The notes under the pieces are model-generated. The model did not search any database, was not told the origin of the DNA, and saw only the letters and a list, made by a program, of their open reading frames with translations. The position numbers and the translations under genes were made by a program. From Dictyostelium discoideum (taxonomy: Eukaryota): DNA of 64,000 nt. Shown here one piece after another: positions 25,711 to 41,833 of the stretch (position 1 is the stretch's first letter; each line of letters starts with the position of its first letter). Location of the stretch: the NCBI GenBank assembly GCA_000004695.1, contig CM000152.2, positions 5,472,001 to 5,536,000 of the forward strand, in the 5' to 3' direction.

Positions 25711-27541
25711 ATGGCCACATTATTATTAGTTATCATTTTTATGATAACTTTTATAATTTACAAAAATGTAATGTTATATTTTATATAAATAAATAAACAC
25801 AATATGAACCAATCAAATAATTAAAAGTCAAAAAAAAAAAAAAAAAAAAAAAACCCCATTAAAATCCATCCGTTCATACACAAATTTCTTTGAAAGATCC
25901 AGATTTTTTTTTTTTTTTCCCAAAATTTCACAACATATTAACATTTCTTTTTTTTTTTATCTTTTTAAATTTAATTTTTTTTTTTTTTATTTTTTTTTTT
26001 AATAGTTTGATAGTAAAAGAAAAAATAAATATCCACCGGGACCAATTAATTTACCATTTATTGGTGGATTGTATAAATTAAAACCTGGTAAACAACATTT
26101 ATCTTTAAATGAGCTTTATCAAAAATATGGAAAAGTATTTTCAATGAAATTCGGTTCCTATGACACTGTTATCTTAAATGAGCCTGATGTTATTGTTGAA
26201 GCTTTCCATTTAAATTCAACATCTTTTATGGATAGAATTTTATTACCATCATTTGAAGTTGTTGGAAAGAATCAAAACATTGGTTTCACTCAAACTGAAT
26301 ATTGGAAAAAAATTAGAGGTATCTTAAATATTTCTTTAACAAAATCAAAAACTCGTTTATTAGAAGGTTTATTTAATCAAGAATATTTCAGATTTGATCA
26401 ATTTATTAAAAAACAATTAAAATCAAAAAGTGATACTGTAAGTTTTTTTTTTTTTTTTAAAATTTTTTTTTTTTTATTTTTTTAAAAAAATTAATTCCTA
26501 AATTATTAATTTATTTATTTATTTATTTTTTTAAACATAAAAAAAAAGATGTTTATAAGACCATATTTAAAAAGATTATCATTTAATATTATTTATTCAT
26601 ATTTATTTAGTGAAACTATACCATATGAAGATGAATTGATTCCAAGTGATATTTTAGATTTTATTCATGCCTCTGAGGAATTATTAGTTGTTTTAAGTAG
26701 AATGCCATCTGATTATATTAAAGTTTTAAGACCATTTGAATCACATAAAAAATTAAAAGAAATTTGTGATAGAATGTCAAAATTCATTAAACCAAGAGTT
26801 GATAAGAAAGTTGAATTATTGGATCAAGATAATCCAAAATGTTTCATTGATTATTTAATTTTACAAATTAGATCTGACCCATCACAAACAATTAAAATTG
26901 ATGCAATTCAATATATTGTTTTAGATTTATTAGTTGGTGGTACTGATTCAACAAGTTCTGCATTAGAATGGATGATTTTATTCCTATCAAATCATGAATC
27001 AATTCAAGAGAAATTATATAATGAAATTTGTAAAAATACTAATACCAATACTACTGCTACCACTACCGAAAATGATAATGAATCTTACTTTCCAAAATTA
27101 ATTGAAAAGAATAATTATCCATTATTTAATGCATGTGTAAAAGAAACATTAAGAAGATCTCCACCTGTACCATTAGGTTTACCACATCTTTGTAGTGAAG
27201 ATACTGAAATCGGTGGTTATTTAATTCCAAAAGGTACTCAAATCATTAGTAATATTTATTCAGCTTCAAATTGTGATAAAGTTTTCACTGATCCATTGGA
27301 ATTTAATCCATTACGTTTCATTGAAAATTCACCACCTCAAACAGTCACTTTTTCAACTGGTCCAAGAGTTTGCCCTGGAAAAAATTTAAGTGAAGATGAA
27401 TTATTCTCTTTTGGTACAAAATTATTTAAAACTTTTAAATTTTCAAGACCAAATAAAAATCAATTATATGATGAAGTAGCAATTTTAGGTATTACTTTAG
27501 AACCAAAACCATTTATTACTAAAGTATCTTTAAGATCTTAA
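25711..27541 (+). CDS. Cytochrome P450 monooxygenase
   Basis: Model is join(25711..25767, 26006..26437, 26549..27541). Exon 1 is the membrane anchor [19 protein letters not shown] with a GTAATG donor. Exon 2 starts [21 protein letters not shown] (Pro-rich hinge) and ends at a GTAAGT donor. Exon 3 carries GGTDST (I-helix), ETLRR (K-helix) and the haem-binding [13 protein letters not shown]. The product is 493 aa. Confidence 0.8.
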
Positions 27542-28017
27542 AAAAAAAAAAAAAAAAAAAAAACTTTTATTTTATAAAGAAATTTTAAATAAAGAAATCG
27601 ATTTTGAACAATTATTAATTTAAATTTACTCTTTTACTTTTTCTAAAGTATTTTTTTTTTTTTTTATAAAATATTTGATTGAATTGGTTAATTTTATTTA
27701 ATTTCTTTTTTAAGTTTTTGTTTTATTTAATTTTTTTTTTTTTATTTTTGGTTTGGCGCTAAAATATTTTAAAAAAAAAAAAGATTTTTTTTTGGCGGTT
27801 TTTTTCTTTTTTTTTTTTTTAAAATTTTTATATTTTTTTTTTTATTTTTTTAAATTATTTACATTCAATAGTATACTATAACATTTTTTTCTTATTTGTT
27901 TTTATTTACACATAATTAATTTTATAAGTGTAAAAAAAAAAAAAAATAAAAAGAAAAAAAAACAAAATAATTTTATTTTAAATAAAATAAAATAAAAAAA
28001 AATAAAAAAATAAAAAA

Positions 28018-28630
28018 ATGAATAGACCAAAAAGAGAAAAGAAATCAATTACAGATGTTTCAACATTAAAATCATTAGAACAAATAAAGAGAGCAAGAGA
28101 TGGTGAGAAAAGAACAGATCAATTACAAGAAGAGGATGATGAAAGAAAGAGATTAGAACAATTGAAAGAACAAGAAACTGAATTCGATAAAGAAGAGAGA
28201 AAAAGAAAGAATAGAGATTTCATTGAAGGTGATAGTGGTTATCGTGAAACAAGTGATAACGAAGATGAAGATGAGGACGAAGATGATGATGGCGATAATA
28301 GTGATGATGATTATAGTTTAGATGAGGATGATGAAGATGGTGGTGGTGATGGTGAAAACAATGATAGTGATCAAGAAGAAGCAATTGAAGTTGGCCGTAA
28401 AAAAAAAAGACAAGTTAAAAAGAAATCAAAGAAAGATGAAAATGGTGAACCAAAAGTTAAAACACCAAGAGTTAAAAAAACAAAAGAAAAAAAGAATGAA
28501 ATCGTTCCTGAAAAAAATCGTATAATTCAATTTATTAATAATCCAACTGAATCAAAATCAACTTCAAATAATGAATCTGTAAGTATTTAATTATTAAATA
28601 ATAATAATAATCATCTTTAATAATCTATAA

Positions 28631-28665
<35 letters not shown>

Positions 28666-31600
28666 CTTTTTCCTAAAGTTCTTTTTTGATAAATTAAAAA
28701 AATCAAATTCGAATACATTAAATTCAACCAATTCAACATTAAATAGTAATGAATTAAGTAGTGGTGGAACAATGTCATCATTGGATATTGAATCAATGCT
28801 TAATGATTTACAAAGTGCACCAGATTCAGAATTAGATTTAGAAAAATTAAAAGAAAAACAATTAGAATTAGAAAAGAAATTAGAGAAAGAAGCATTATTA
28901 AATAAACCAACCATTTCAACTGAAACTATTATAACTGAGGGTGTTGAATTAGATGATAATTATGAATTTGATTTCGATTTTAATAATCCAATTACAACTA
29001 ATAATAATAATAATAATAATACAAAAACAACAACCACAACAACAACTACAACAATAACAAATAAAAATTTAAATAAAGTTAATAGTATGAGTTTACCAAC
29101 TAGACCACAAGCACAACAATTTATATCACCAAAACAAACGAATCAAGAAGATTGGTGGAGTAAAACTGGTGTTGATAGTGTTGTTTTGGTAAAGAAATTA
29201 GAAGAGATTATGCCAAAGAATAGTGATCTTTTAAAGATGAATATGGATGGATCGTTGGATTTCTTTTTATTGACAACTGAAGAGGATAAGCAAGGTAGAA
29301 TCATTCTATTTGGTAAAGTTAAATTACAAGCTTCTAAATCAAATAAACCAGGTGGTGGTGGTGGCGCAACTAAACAAACTTCAATCACTGATGAACCAGT
29401 TACAAAAGTACCACTTAAATATGCCTCATGTTGTATTATCATTGAAAAGATGGAGAGAAATGTATTCTTTTTACCAAGAGATTATAAATTGGATCAGGAT
29501 GGTGAATCCACTACAATTCAAGTCACCGATACAATGATTGAGGCAGAATTGAAACAATTGGTTGACAGATCAAAAATTAAAGATTACAAATTGAAAAAGG
29601 TAAAGAGAACAAGTGCATTCGATTATTCTGTACCCCACAAGAACGGTCCGGTAGGTGAACAACATTATGTTTGGAAATTAAGTTACCCATCCAATCAGAT
29701 GGTTTTCCCAAATGATATCAAAGGTTCAACTTTTAGATGCGCCTATGGCATAACATCATCACCTGTCGAGCTTTTCTTGATAAAGAGAAAGATTATGGGT
29801 CCAACTTGGTTAACAGTGTCAGGTATCACATTGAATTTCGATCAAAAGAAATCATTCGCTCGTTATGAAGCCACTGTTAAATCCTTTAAATCCATTAAAC
29901 CAAGTATGTACAAAAATGAACCATCACCACCATTGACCGTAATGAGTATCAGTACCAAATCAGTTATGAAAGGCTCCTCACATGAGGTTGTAATGATTAG
30001 TTCAGTGATTCATGAATCAATATCAGCCGATGGTCCAACAGAGAATCAAGATTCTATCAAGTATATCACTGCCATTCGTCCATTGACAGGTCAAGTTTTC
30101 CCACCAGATTTTCAAAAACCAGGTGCTTCAACTACTAAACAAAATGTTACCATTTGTACCTCTGAAAGAAATCTATTATCATTCTTTTGTGAAACCGTTT
30201 TAAATGCTGATCCAGATGTTTTCGCAGGTCATAATATCATTGGCTATGATATTGAGGTCATTTTAGATAGATTAGAGAAATTAAAAGTTATGGAATGGGC
30301 ATTCATTGGTCGTCTTAAAAGATCAAGTTTCGATAGATTCAATCATATCTCTGGTCGTTTAATTTGTGATTCCTATTTGGTTTGTAAAGAATTTTTACCA
30401 AAAGAAAAGAATTATTCATTAGTTGAATTATCAAAAAATCAATTATCAATTAATAAACCTGAAATTAATTATTTATCAATTGAACCATATTTTGAAACAA
30501 CTAAAAAGTAAATATAAAATTTATAAATTAATAATTAATATATATAGAATATAGAATATTTATTAATAATTTATTATTTTTTTTTTAGATTAAATATTTT
30601 TATTGAAATTAATGAAAATGATTGTTATATTATATTTTTATTAATTTTCAAATTATTAGTATTCCCGTTAACAAAACAATTAACAAATTTAGCAGGTAAT
30701 CAATGGGATAAATCATTAAAATCAAATAGAGCAGAAAGAATTGAATATTTATTATTACATAATTTCCATGAAAAGAAATATTTATTACCAGATAAAATTT
30801 ATCAAAAATCAAGTAGTAGTGGTGGTGGTGGTGGTGCTAAAGATAAAGATAATCATGCAGCATATAGTGGTGGTTTAGTACTTGATCCAAAAATTGATTT
30901 CTATGATCGTTATGTTGTATTATTAGATTTCAATTCATTGTATCCATCAATTATTCAAGAGTATAATGTTTGTTTTACAACTATTAATCGTGTTAAAAGA
31001 GATGATGGTAAATGGGAAGAAGCAATGCCACCACCATCTTCCATTGAAAAAGGTATACTTCCAAAGGTATTACATGGTTTGGTTTCAAAGAGAAGAGAAA
31101 TTAAAAAGAGAATGGAGCAAGAAAAGAATAAAATAATAAAAGCACAATATGATATTCAACAACAAGCCGTTAAGTTAATTGCAAATTCAATGTATGGTTG
31201 CTTAGGTTTCTCTCATAGTAGATTCTATGCATTACCATTGGCAGAGTTGGTCACTAGAAAGGGTAGAGAAAATCTTCAAAAGGGTGCTTCCATCGTTAAT
31301 AAAATGTGCTATGATGTAATCTATGGTGATACTGATTCCCTTATGATCTACACTGGTGTCGGTACTTTCAATGAAGCTGAAACCATTGGTAAAGAAATTC
31401 AAAAGAAAATCAATGACCAATATCGTGGTAGTGTAATGGAAATTGGTTTAGATGGTATTTTCAAACGTTTATTATTATTTAAAAAGAAGAAATATGCTTG
31501 TTTGAAGGAATTCCGTATCGATTCAACCACTACCAAATGTGAGAGAGAAAATAAAGGTATCGATATTGTTCGTAGAGATTATTGTGACCTCACTAAGGAT

Positions 31601-32728
31601 ATAGGTCAATGGGTTTTAAATTTGATTTTAGGTGGTGAAGAAAAGATTGCACTCTTCTCTTTAATTAAGGAATATTTAGAGAGTGTTCAACAACAAATTA
31701 AAGATAACACACTTGCTGTGGAAAAATTCATTATCACTAAGACCCTCTCAAAACAGCCAGAGGAGTATAATGATGCCGATATTCAACCACATGTTCAAGT
31801 TGCACTTCAAATGAGGGCTAAAGGTTTACATGTCCAACCAGGTGAGCAAGTACCTTACATTATCACACATGGCAATTCATCATCAGATATTAAAGAGGAA
31901 TGGCATCATAGAGCAAGAGCTCCTTCAGATGTTGAATCAATTCAAGATGTTGATATCGATTGGTACCTTTCTCAACAGATTTTACCATCCATTCAACGTA
32001 ATACCGGTCCAATCGGTATGGAACCACATGAATTGGCTCAATGGTTAGGTATGACTGGTACAAAATATCAAAAACAATTTGACCATTTACAACAACAATC
32101 TAATCAAGATTTTAAACCACGTTATACTTTATCCACTGAAGATCTTCGTTATAAACAATGTAAATCCTTTAATTTCGAATGCCCATATTGTGGTCAAAAT
32201 AATGAATTCACTGGAATTGTAAAGATTGATTCAGAGGGTAAAAGTGAATCTGGCTTCGATTGCAACCAATGTCATGCTAAAATCCCATTAAAGAAATTAG
32301 CTAATCAATTACAATTAAACATTAGAACTTATTTGAAGCAATATAATGATTGGGATTTACGATGCACCGAATGTGAAAAAGTCTCTAAAAACTATAAAGA
32401 AACCTCTTATCGTTGCGCTAGACCTCAATGTCGTGGTAAAATGATTCAAATTATGACAAGTTCAAAATTGTTTAATCAAATTAGTTTCTTTTCAAAACTA
32501 TTTAGAAATGATCTTTCAAACTCTGATAATACCACTACAATCATTCCAAATGAAGATCAAAATACTCTTAAACAAGCAAAACAAATAATTGATTCTTTTC
32601 TCTCTAAATTTGATCAATATAATGTAAATTTAAATTCACTCTTAACTCCTTCACAAACTTTAGATAGTTTTAATAATTATTTAGCTTCTTCTCGAGCTAG
32701 TATTCAATATCCAATACTTAATAAATAA
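28018..32728 (+). CDS. polA1: DNA polymerase alpha catalytic subunit (family B polymerase)
   Basis: Model is join(28018..28578, 28679..30507, 30589..32728), with introns of 100 and 81 nt (GTAAGT and GTAAAT donors). The N-terminus RPKREKKS...KRARDGEK resembles the Pol alpha N-terminus. Motifs DFNSLYPSII (motif A) and YGDTDS (motif C) are present. The C-terminal zinc module is CPYCGQ...CNQCH and CTECEK...CARPQCRGK. The product is ~1509 aa. Confidence 0.85.
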
Positions 32729-33180
32729 AATTTTAAAAAAAATAAATAAAATAAAATAAAAATAAAGAATTCTAATTTTAAAATCAAATTAAAAATAAAT
32801 TATTTTAAAATCTCGGAAAATTTATTCCTTTTGAAAAAAATCCAAGAAAAAAAAAATAAAATAAATAATAAAAATAAAAAAAAATAGTTTGTTTTTTTAA
32901 AAAAAAAGAAAAAAAAAAAAATTAAAAAAAATTAAAATAAAAAATTTCCATTTTTGGAAAAAATTTATAAAAACAACGATTTTTAATTAAAAATAATAGA
33001 TTAAAAAATATCTAAACAATATTTATCTTTAACTTATTTACTTTTTTTTTTTAATTTAATTTAAAATAATTGTTTTGATAATTTTAAATTTATTATTATT
33101 TGTTGTTTTTTTATTTTTAAATAGTAGTTATATATATTTAAAAAAAGTAATAATAAAAAAAAGAAAAATTTAAAAATAAA

Positions 33181-33493
33181 ATGAAAGTTTTATTAGCAGT
33201 AGATGGATCTCTATCCTCAAATCAAGCTTTATTGGAAGCATTTAAGACAATTGATAGTTCAAGAGATATTTTAGATATCATAACAGTGGATAATTTTAGA
33301 ACTTCACCACCTCAAGATGTTGATGCAGGTGAAAGAATTTTATTAGAATATGTTGAACGTTGTAAAGATCAAGGTGTAAGTTTAAAATATTTGAAATAAA
33401 ATTTTTTAAAAAAAAAAAAAAAGAAAAAACAAAACTTATATTTATTACTCAAACCAATTATTAATATTATTATTTATATTCAATTATTCAATA

Positions 33494-33586
<93 letters not shown>

Positions 33587-33851
33587 CCACCTAAAAATTT
33601 TATTACAATAGTTTATTTTAGATAATAATTTAAATGCCCAAGTATTACATGGTGATGTTAGACATGAAATAATAAGATATATAAAAGAGTGTGGACCATT
33701 CGATAGGATTATGGTTGGATCTCGTGGATTGAATCCATTTAAAAAGTTATTATTAGGTTCTGTTAGTGAATATTTAGTTCACCATTCTCCAATTCCTGTT
33801 TATGTTGTAAAATCTGATGGTAGTTGTAAAGTATCTGATCCTGCTCTCTAG
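33181..33851 (+). CDS. Universal stress protein (UspA family)
   Basis: Model is join(33181..33375, ~33612..33851). Exon 1 is MKVLLAVDGSLSSNQALLEAF... and ends at a GTAAGT donor. The intron carries a long (ATT)n. Exon 2 encodes ...IMVGSRGLNPFKKLLLGSVSEYLVHHSPIPVYVVK. The exact acceptor (33610-11 vs 33620-21) is uncertain. Confidence 0.65.
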
Positions 33852-34036
33852 GGTGAAAAATAATTATCACACCACCCCCTCCCCCCTCTCCAATTATTAA
33901 ATTGATTACCACTATTTCAAATAAAATAAAATAAAATAAAAAAAAAAAAAATGCTAAAAACCTAAATGCTTATTTTTTTTTTTTTTTTTTTTTTGTATTT
34001 ATATTATTACTGTTACTATTTTATTTATTATATTTA

Positions 34037-34499
34037 TTATATTTTTTTTCCTTCTTTTAGTGCACTATGTAGACAATGTTTTGCACCTGAAATTTTAATT
34101 TGTAAATATTCTGAACCACCATCTTTTGGATCATTAATTGTTAACAATTCATTATATTTTTTATCGATATCTTCTTTTGAGACTGTTTCTACATTTTCTA
34201 AACCTAAAATCTTTCTTGCTTCAATTGGTGACATTTTACTTTTAACATCCATACTACCTGCTGCTGCTCCCATACCTGATTCTGCCTCTATTTTTTTTAA
34301 AAAAATAATTAATAAAATTCTATGAAAATTATTTTTATGTATATAATATGTATATAGGTATCTTTTTTCTTTTGAATAAAATGGGTGTGATAGTGATATT
34401 AAACATACGTAAAAGTGCTTGTTTATATGCCATTTGAATTGAACGAACCAATACAGTTCCTGATGTAAATACAATTTTTGCAATTAATCTTGCTGCCAT
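34037..34499 (-). CDS. Mitochondrial import inner membrane translocase subunit TIM16 / Pam16 (Magmas-like)
   Basis: Model is join(34499..34409, 34287..34037) with a GTATGT donor (phase 1) and a 121-nt intron. The 113-aa product is MAARLIAKIVFTSGTVLVRSIQMAYKQALLQAESGMGAAAGSMDVKSKMSPIEARKILGLENV...DPKDGGSEYLQIKISGAKHCL, carrying a degenerate J-like domain. Confidence 0.75.
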
Positions 34500-35129
34500 T
34501 TTATTCTATTAATTATTTAAATATTTAATTTGTTAATTTAAAAAATGACAATAATTTTATATAAACAGCAACACAAATAAAACGTTCGAACTGAAAAAAA
34601 AAAAAAAAAAAAAAAAAAATTTAAAAATTAATTTTTTTTTTTTTTTTAATTTTTTTTTTTTGTTTTTTTATTTTTTTTTTTTTAAATTTCCAAAAATGTT
34701 AAGAAATAATATTTGATTTGTTTTGAAAATAAAAAAGGAGTTTTTTTATTAAATCTTATTTTAATTATTTAAAAACTTTCCTATTTTTTTTTGATGAACT
34801 TTTTTTTTTACTTTAATAAATAAAATAAAATAAAAAAATAAAATAATAAAAAAAGATTTTAAAATAATTTAAAATTTAAGTGAATAAGTAAGCAATGACG
34901 AAGTTATTGCATTATTTAAAGATATTCAAGGTAAAAAAATAAAAAAAAAAAAAAAATAAAAAAATTGAAAAAAAAAAAAATTAATTTTTTTTTTTTAATT
35001 TAATTTCCAATCATTGGGTTTCATATGTTGTTAAAATTATGATAATGATGTGTTCTCTCTTTTGACTATCGCAATTCTTATAATGATAGCAATTTTGATT
35101 GGTGTGTGTTAATTAAAAAAAAAAAAAAA

Positions 35130-35167
<38 letters not shown>

Positions 35168-35532
35168 ATATAAAAAAAAAAAAAAAATGAAAATTTAATT
35201 TAATTTAACATGTACATAAAAAATAATTATAGTGGGTGTATTAATTAATATTTGAATATTTATTAAAAAGTTATCATTAAAAATTTTGTATATAGGAAAA
35301 AAAAAAAAAATAAATAATAAAAAAAAAATAATAATAAAAACAATAACAACAATTAAGTAAAATCGCAATTGTATATAGTAATAATAATATCATTATAGTT
35401 ATATTTAAATTTATTTTTTAAACAAAGTAAGTAAATAATATTAAAAAAAATAATAATAATAGATTGAAACTTGTACTAATTTGATAATAAAAAAAAAAAA
35501 AAAAAAAAGAAAATAAAAAAAAAAAAAATTAT

Positions 35533-37512
<1,980 letters not shown>

Positions 37513-37669
37513 AAAAAGTTTGGAATAATAGTCAATAAATATTATTTTTAATAATAATAATAATAATAAATATTAAAATAAAATAAAAATAAAATAAAAA
37601 GCAATTGTTTAAATATATATATATACATAAAATTTATTTTTATATTTGAATTTTAAAAAAAAAAATTTC

Positions 37670-38768
37670 TTAAGAATTTGGTGGTGGTTGTTGTTGTTGT
37701 TGTTGTTGATTAATTGGTGAAGATCTTTTTAAATTTAAAGGATTAAAAGAATAATCAATTACAGATTCTTCAATGATTTGTTTAACTTGAAAAGAAATTG
37801 GTTGATCAGAGATTGTTGAGAATAAAGATACTGGTAAATATTTGCCATAAGAGTCATAAAATTTTAAACGATTTTGAATCTCTTGATTATAGTTATGTTT
37901 TAATTCTTCATTGAATTGTTCAGCAATTGTTTTTTGACGTAAATATTCTTTTTGTCTTCTTTTAACCTCTTCTAATAGATTATCATAGGATTCATCGAAT
38001 AGATCATACCATTTACCAAGACTATATAATTCACCAATGAAATAATTTGCACCAGCCAATCGTTGTTCGAATATACAATTAAATCTTTCAAATGTTTCCC
38101 AATTCTCTGAGAAATCATTACCAAAACTTAACTTTTCATTCAATAAATAAACTAATGTATAAATACTACAACTCTCTTTAAATTGATTTTCAATATCTTT
38201 TACATTCTTTGACATTAATTGTATATTCTCTAATGAACTTGTTAAAAGTAATTGAATTTGTTCTTTTTTATTATTAATATTAAAATCATGTTGTTGTTGT
38301 GGTGATGATGGTGATGGTGAAGAAGATGAAGAAGATGACGATGGTGATGGTGATGGTGATAATGGTGATGGAGACGGTTTATAAAAAGTTATAAAATCAC
38401 ATTGTGAAGCTACATTAATTAATTGATTTTGAATTGTTTTATATAAATTATTTTGTTGTGTTAATAAATCAGAGAGTGAATTACTTTCTTCAATTTGTTT
38501 ATTATATTGTTTTTGAATCTCTAAGAATCTATTCTCCATCTCTAAATTTGATTCATTGGTTGATTTATATATTTGTTTTGATTTATCACAAATTTCATTT
38601 AATCCTGATAATTCTGATAAAAATTGATTCTTTATTAATTCTAAACTTTCAATATCAATAAAATCATATAATGTATTTAAATTATTATTGTTATTATTAT
38701 TATTATTTTTATTTACATCATTATTATTATTATTTTCATTATTATCATCTTCAGTACTTTTATTACTA

Positions 38769-38824
<56 letters not shown>

Positions 38825-39227
38825 TTTAAAAACTAAACCTTTATCTAAATATTTCTTTTTTAAAATTTCTAATTTATTTTCTATTGACGTAAATAATGAT
38901 TGTTTTTGATTCGATAACGATGTAAAATCATTTATAAATGTATTATATCTATCATTAAATTGTGTTGATGTTTCTTTTAATATCTAAAATTTTTTAAAAA
39001 AAAAAGTAAATAAATATAAGAATTTGATAATACCACAAATACAAACTAATAATTTATAATTAAATAATAGTTACAATTAATTGTTTATTTAATTCTCTAA
39101 TGATTAAATGTAATTTTGATAAAGAATTATCATATTTTTCATAGGTTTGTTTTGATATCTTTAATAATTGATCAGTTTGGTTAGAATGGCTTTTACACAA
39201 TTCTAATGATTTACTTGAAAAATCCAT
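37670..39227 (-). CDS. Coiled-coil / low-complexity protein of unknown function
   Basis: Model is join(39227..39075, 38983..37670) with a GTAACT donor and tttag acceptor, phase 0, 91-nt intron. The 488-aa product has poly-N, SPSPSPS and poly-Q tracts and a heptad-like region EELKHNYNQEIQNRLKFY. Confidence 0.5.
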
Positions 39228-39593
39228 ATATATATCTATATATATATATAGATATATATATTTAATAAGTTGAAATTAAAATTTAAATTATTTATATATA
39301 TATATATATAATTTTATTTTTTTATTTTTTATTTTTTATTTTTTATTTCTTCACACAATTGTTAAATTAATTAAAAAAAAATAAAAAAAATTTTTTTAAA
39401 AAAAAAAAACACCTTTTTCATTTTTTTTTTTTTTTATTTATTTTTTTTTTTTTATTTGTATATTTTTATTTTTATTTTTGTCTCGATACCATATTTGGAA
39501 TTTTTATTTTTGATAATTTAAAAATAGTTTTGATGAGAAATCTTTATTTTATTATTATTTTTATTTTTAATATTTTTTAATATTTTTAATATT

Positions 39594-41272
39594 TTAACTT
39601 TGAATTGTTGTTAAAAAAAAAGTTGGAACTGTTGCACGGAATGAATAATCTCTATTATTTAATTTAACCATTGTAAAATAACCTCCCATATGACCCTGAG
39701 AACGTTCAATCTCACACCTACTACAATATTCACTAAATTTATTTATTTATTAATTAATTAGTATATTTTTTAATAATAAAAGAGAGAGAGAAAATATTAT
39801 TATTATTATTTTATTATTTATTTAATTTTATACATACAAAGTTACACCAGGTTTTATAATTGGAAATTTACCAATTACACCAGGACCATTTACATTTGAA
39901 GAACCATCAATTGTTGATATTATCCAAAAACGATGAGTTAATTGACAAGCATTTTTTGGATCTTCATCTTTATCCATTGAGATAGTTACTCTATAAAAGA
40001 AGGTATAAGAATTTTCATCCTCTGGTATATAAACTGCACTACATTTTATTTTAACACCTTGAGTTACAACCTCATCACCATTGTAAGGTGAAAACTCTGG
40101 ATATCTATAGAGTATTTTCCTTCTAGTTGTGAATACACCTTTCTCTAATGCAAAAGCATGTAAATATAAAAATTCCCAAAAACTATTTGCAACAATCATT
40201 GGACTACCCGGAGCAATTAATAAGATTTGGTCCTTTTTAAAACTCTTTTCTTCAATTTTAAAATCCCGCAATGCCATTATATAATATCTTCTAGAGGCAG
40301 AACATGCTACAAATAAAACATGTTGAAATGATTGCATATTTCTAGTCTTTTTATATAACGATATCGTCTTTTCAAGTGATAATAAAAATATATTTGTTTT
40401 TGATTCATATGCTTCAACTGTACCTAATAAACCATATCTTGTAAATTCTTTTTGTCCATTATGAATTAACATTGAACATAAATAATCAGCTGGTAATTTT
40501 ATATTATTATCATTATTAACAACATTATTTGAACTATTATTTGAACTATTATTTACAAATTTAATAGTTGAAATTAATTTATATAATTTAGTATGAGAAA
40601 TCGAATGAAAAGATTTTTTCATTGAATCCATTGAATTTAAATCCATCCAATTTTCAAATCTATCCCAAATGTATCTCATTGTTTTATAATGATGAATTAT
40701 ATTTGAATTAAATCTTTGATGTAATAATTTATTTACAATAATTGGTGTTAATTTTTCTTTTTCTATTATTTCATTTTGTTCTCTTTCTAAATCTAAATGT
40801 TCATTTTTATTTTTATTTTGACTTTTATATGATTTTCTTAATTCTTTTAAATAATTTGCTTCTTCATTAATATCATCGTCATCGTCATCATTATCTTCAT
40901 CTTCATCATCTTCATCATACTCTTCATCATACTCTTCATCATACTCTTCTTTTTCATCTTCATTTTCTTCATCTTTATTATCCTCCTCCTCCTCATTATT
41001 AGTATTAACATTATTTTCTACTTCTTCATTATTAATATTTAATTTATATTTGATAATTGCATTATCAGTTGATAATAAGAAATCTTTTTGAATAATATCA
41101 TTCCAAATCATATTTGAAATTGAAGAATTTGAAATGATTTGGTTAAAATATAAATTAACTTGAGATAATTCTAAAAGTGATTTTGTATGTAAATTTTGTA
41201 ATATAATTAATAAATTTTCAAATGGTATATTTAAAATGTAACATGGTTGTTGTTGTTGATTATCTTCATCTT

Positions 41273-41276
<4 letters not shown>
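39594..41276 (-). CDS. F-box only protein 3 (FBXO3)-like: N-terminal F-box, acidic repeat, C-terminal ApaG domain
   Basis: Model is join(41276..39838, 39732..39594). The donor is GTATGT after ...KPGVT(TT); a 105-nt intron follows; the acceptor is aaatttag. The junction ...PIIKPGVTFEYCSRCEIERSQGHMGGYF matches the FBXO3 ApaG segment PKIQPGETYEYVSC...GYMEGYY. F-box segment: CYILNIPFENLLIILQNL. A (EEYD)3 acidic repeat is present. Confidence 0.65.
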
Positions 41277-41314
<38 letters not shown>

Positions 41315-41833
41315 TTTTATTATTAAATTATATTATTAAAATAAATATTTGTATGATTTTTAATTGAATATTTTATGATTGTAGTAAATGTGTGCAAATA
41401 ATTGTGTTTTTTTTTTTTTTTTTTTAATTATAAACCCATAATTAGTAAAGAAAAAAAAAAAAAAAATTAAAAAAAAAATAAAAAAAAAAAAAAAAAATTT
41501 AAAAAAATAATAAATGTTTAGAAATAAAAAAAAAAAAATTAAAAAAAAAATTAAAAAAAAAATAAAAAATTCATTGCATTTTTTTTTTTTTTTTTTCTTA
41601 AAATAGTAATTTTTGTTTTTTTTTTTTTTTTTTTATTTTTTTTATTTAATTATAAACTCGTAATCAAAAATTTGTTTATACCATTTTTTGATTAGATATT
41701 TTTTACTTTCATTGCAAAAGAAGAAAAAAATTTTAAAATTAAATTTAATTTAAAATTTTTTTTTTTTTTTTTTTTAGCCCAAACCAATCAAAAAAAAGTT
41801 TTTTTTTTTTTTTTTTTTTTTAATAATTAAATA

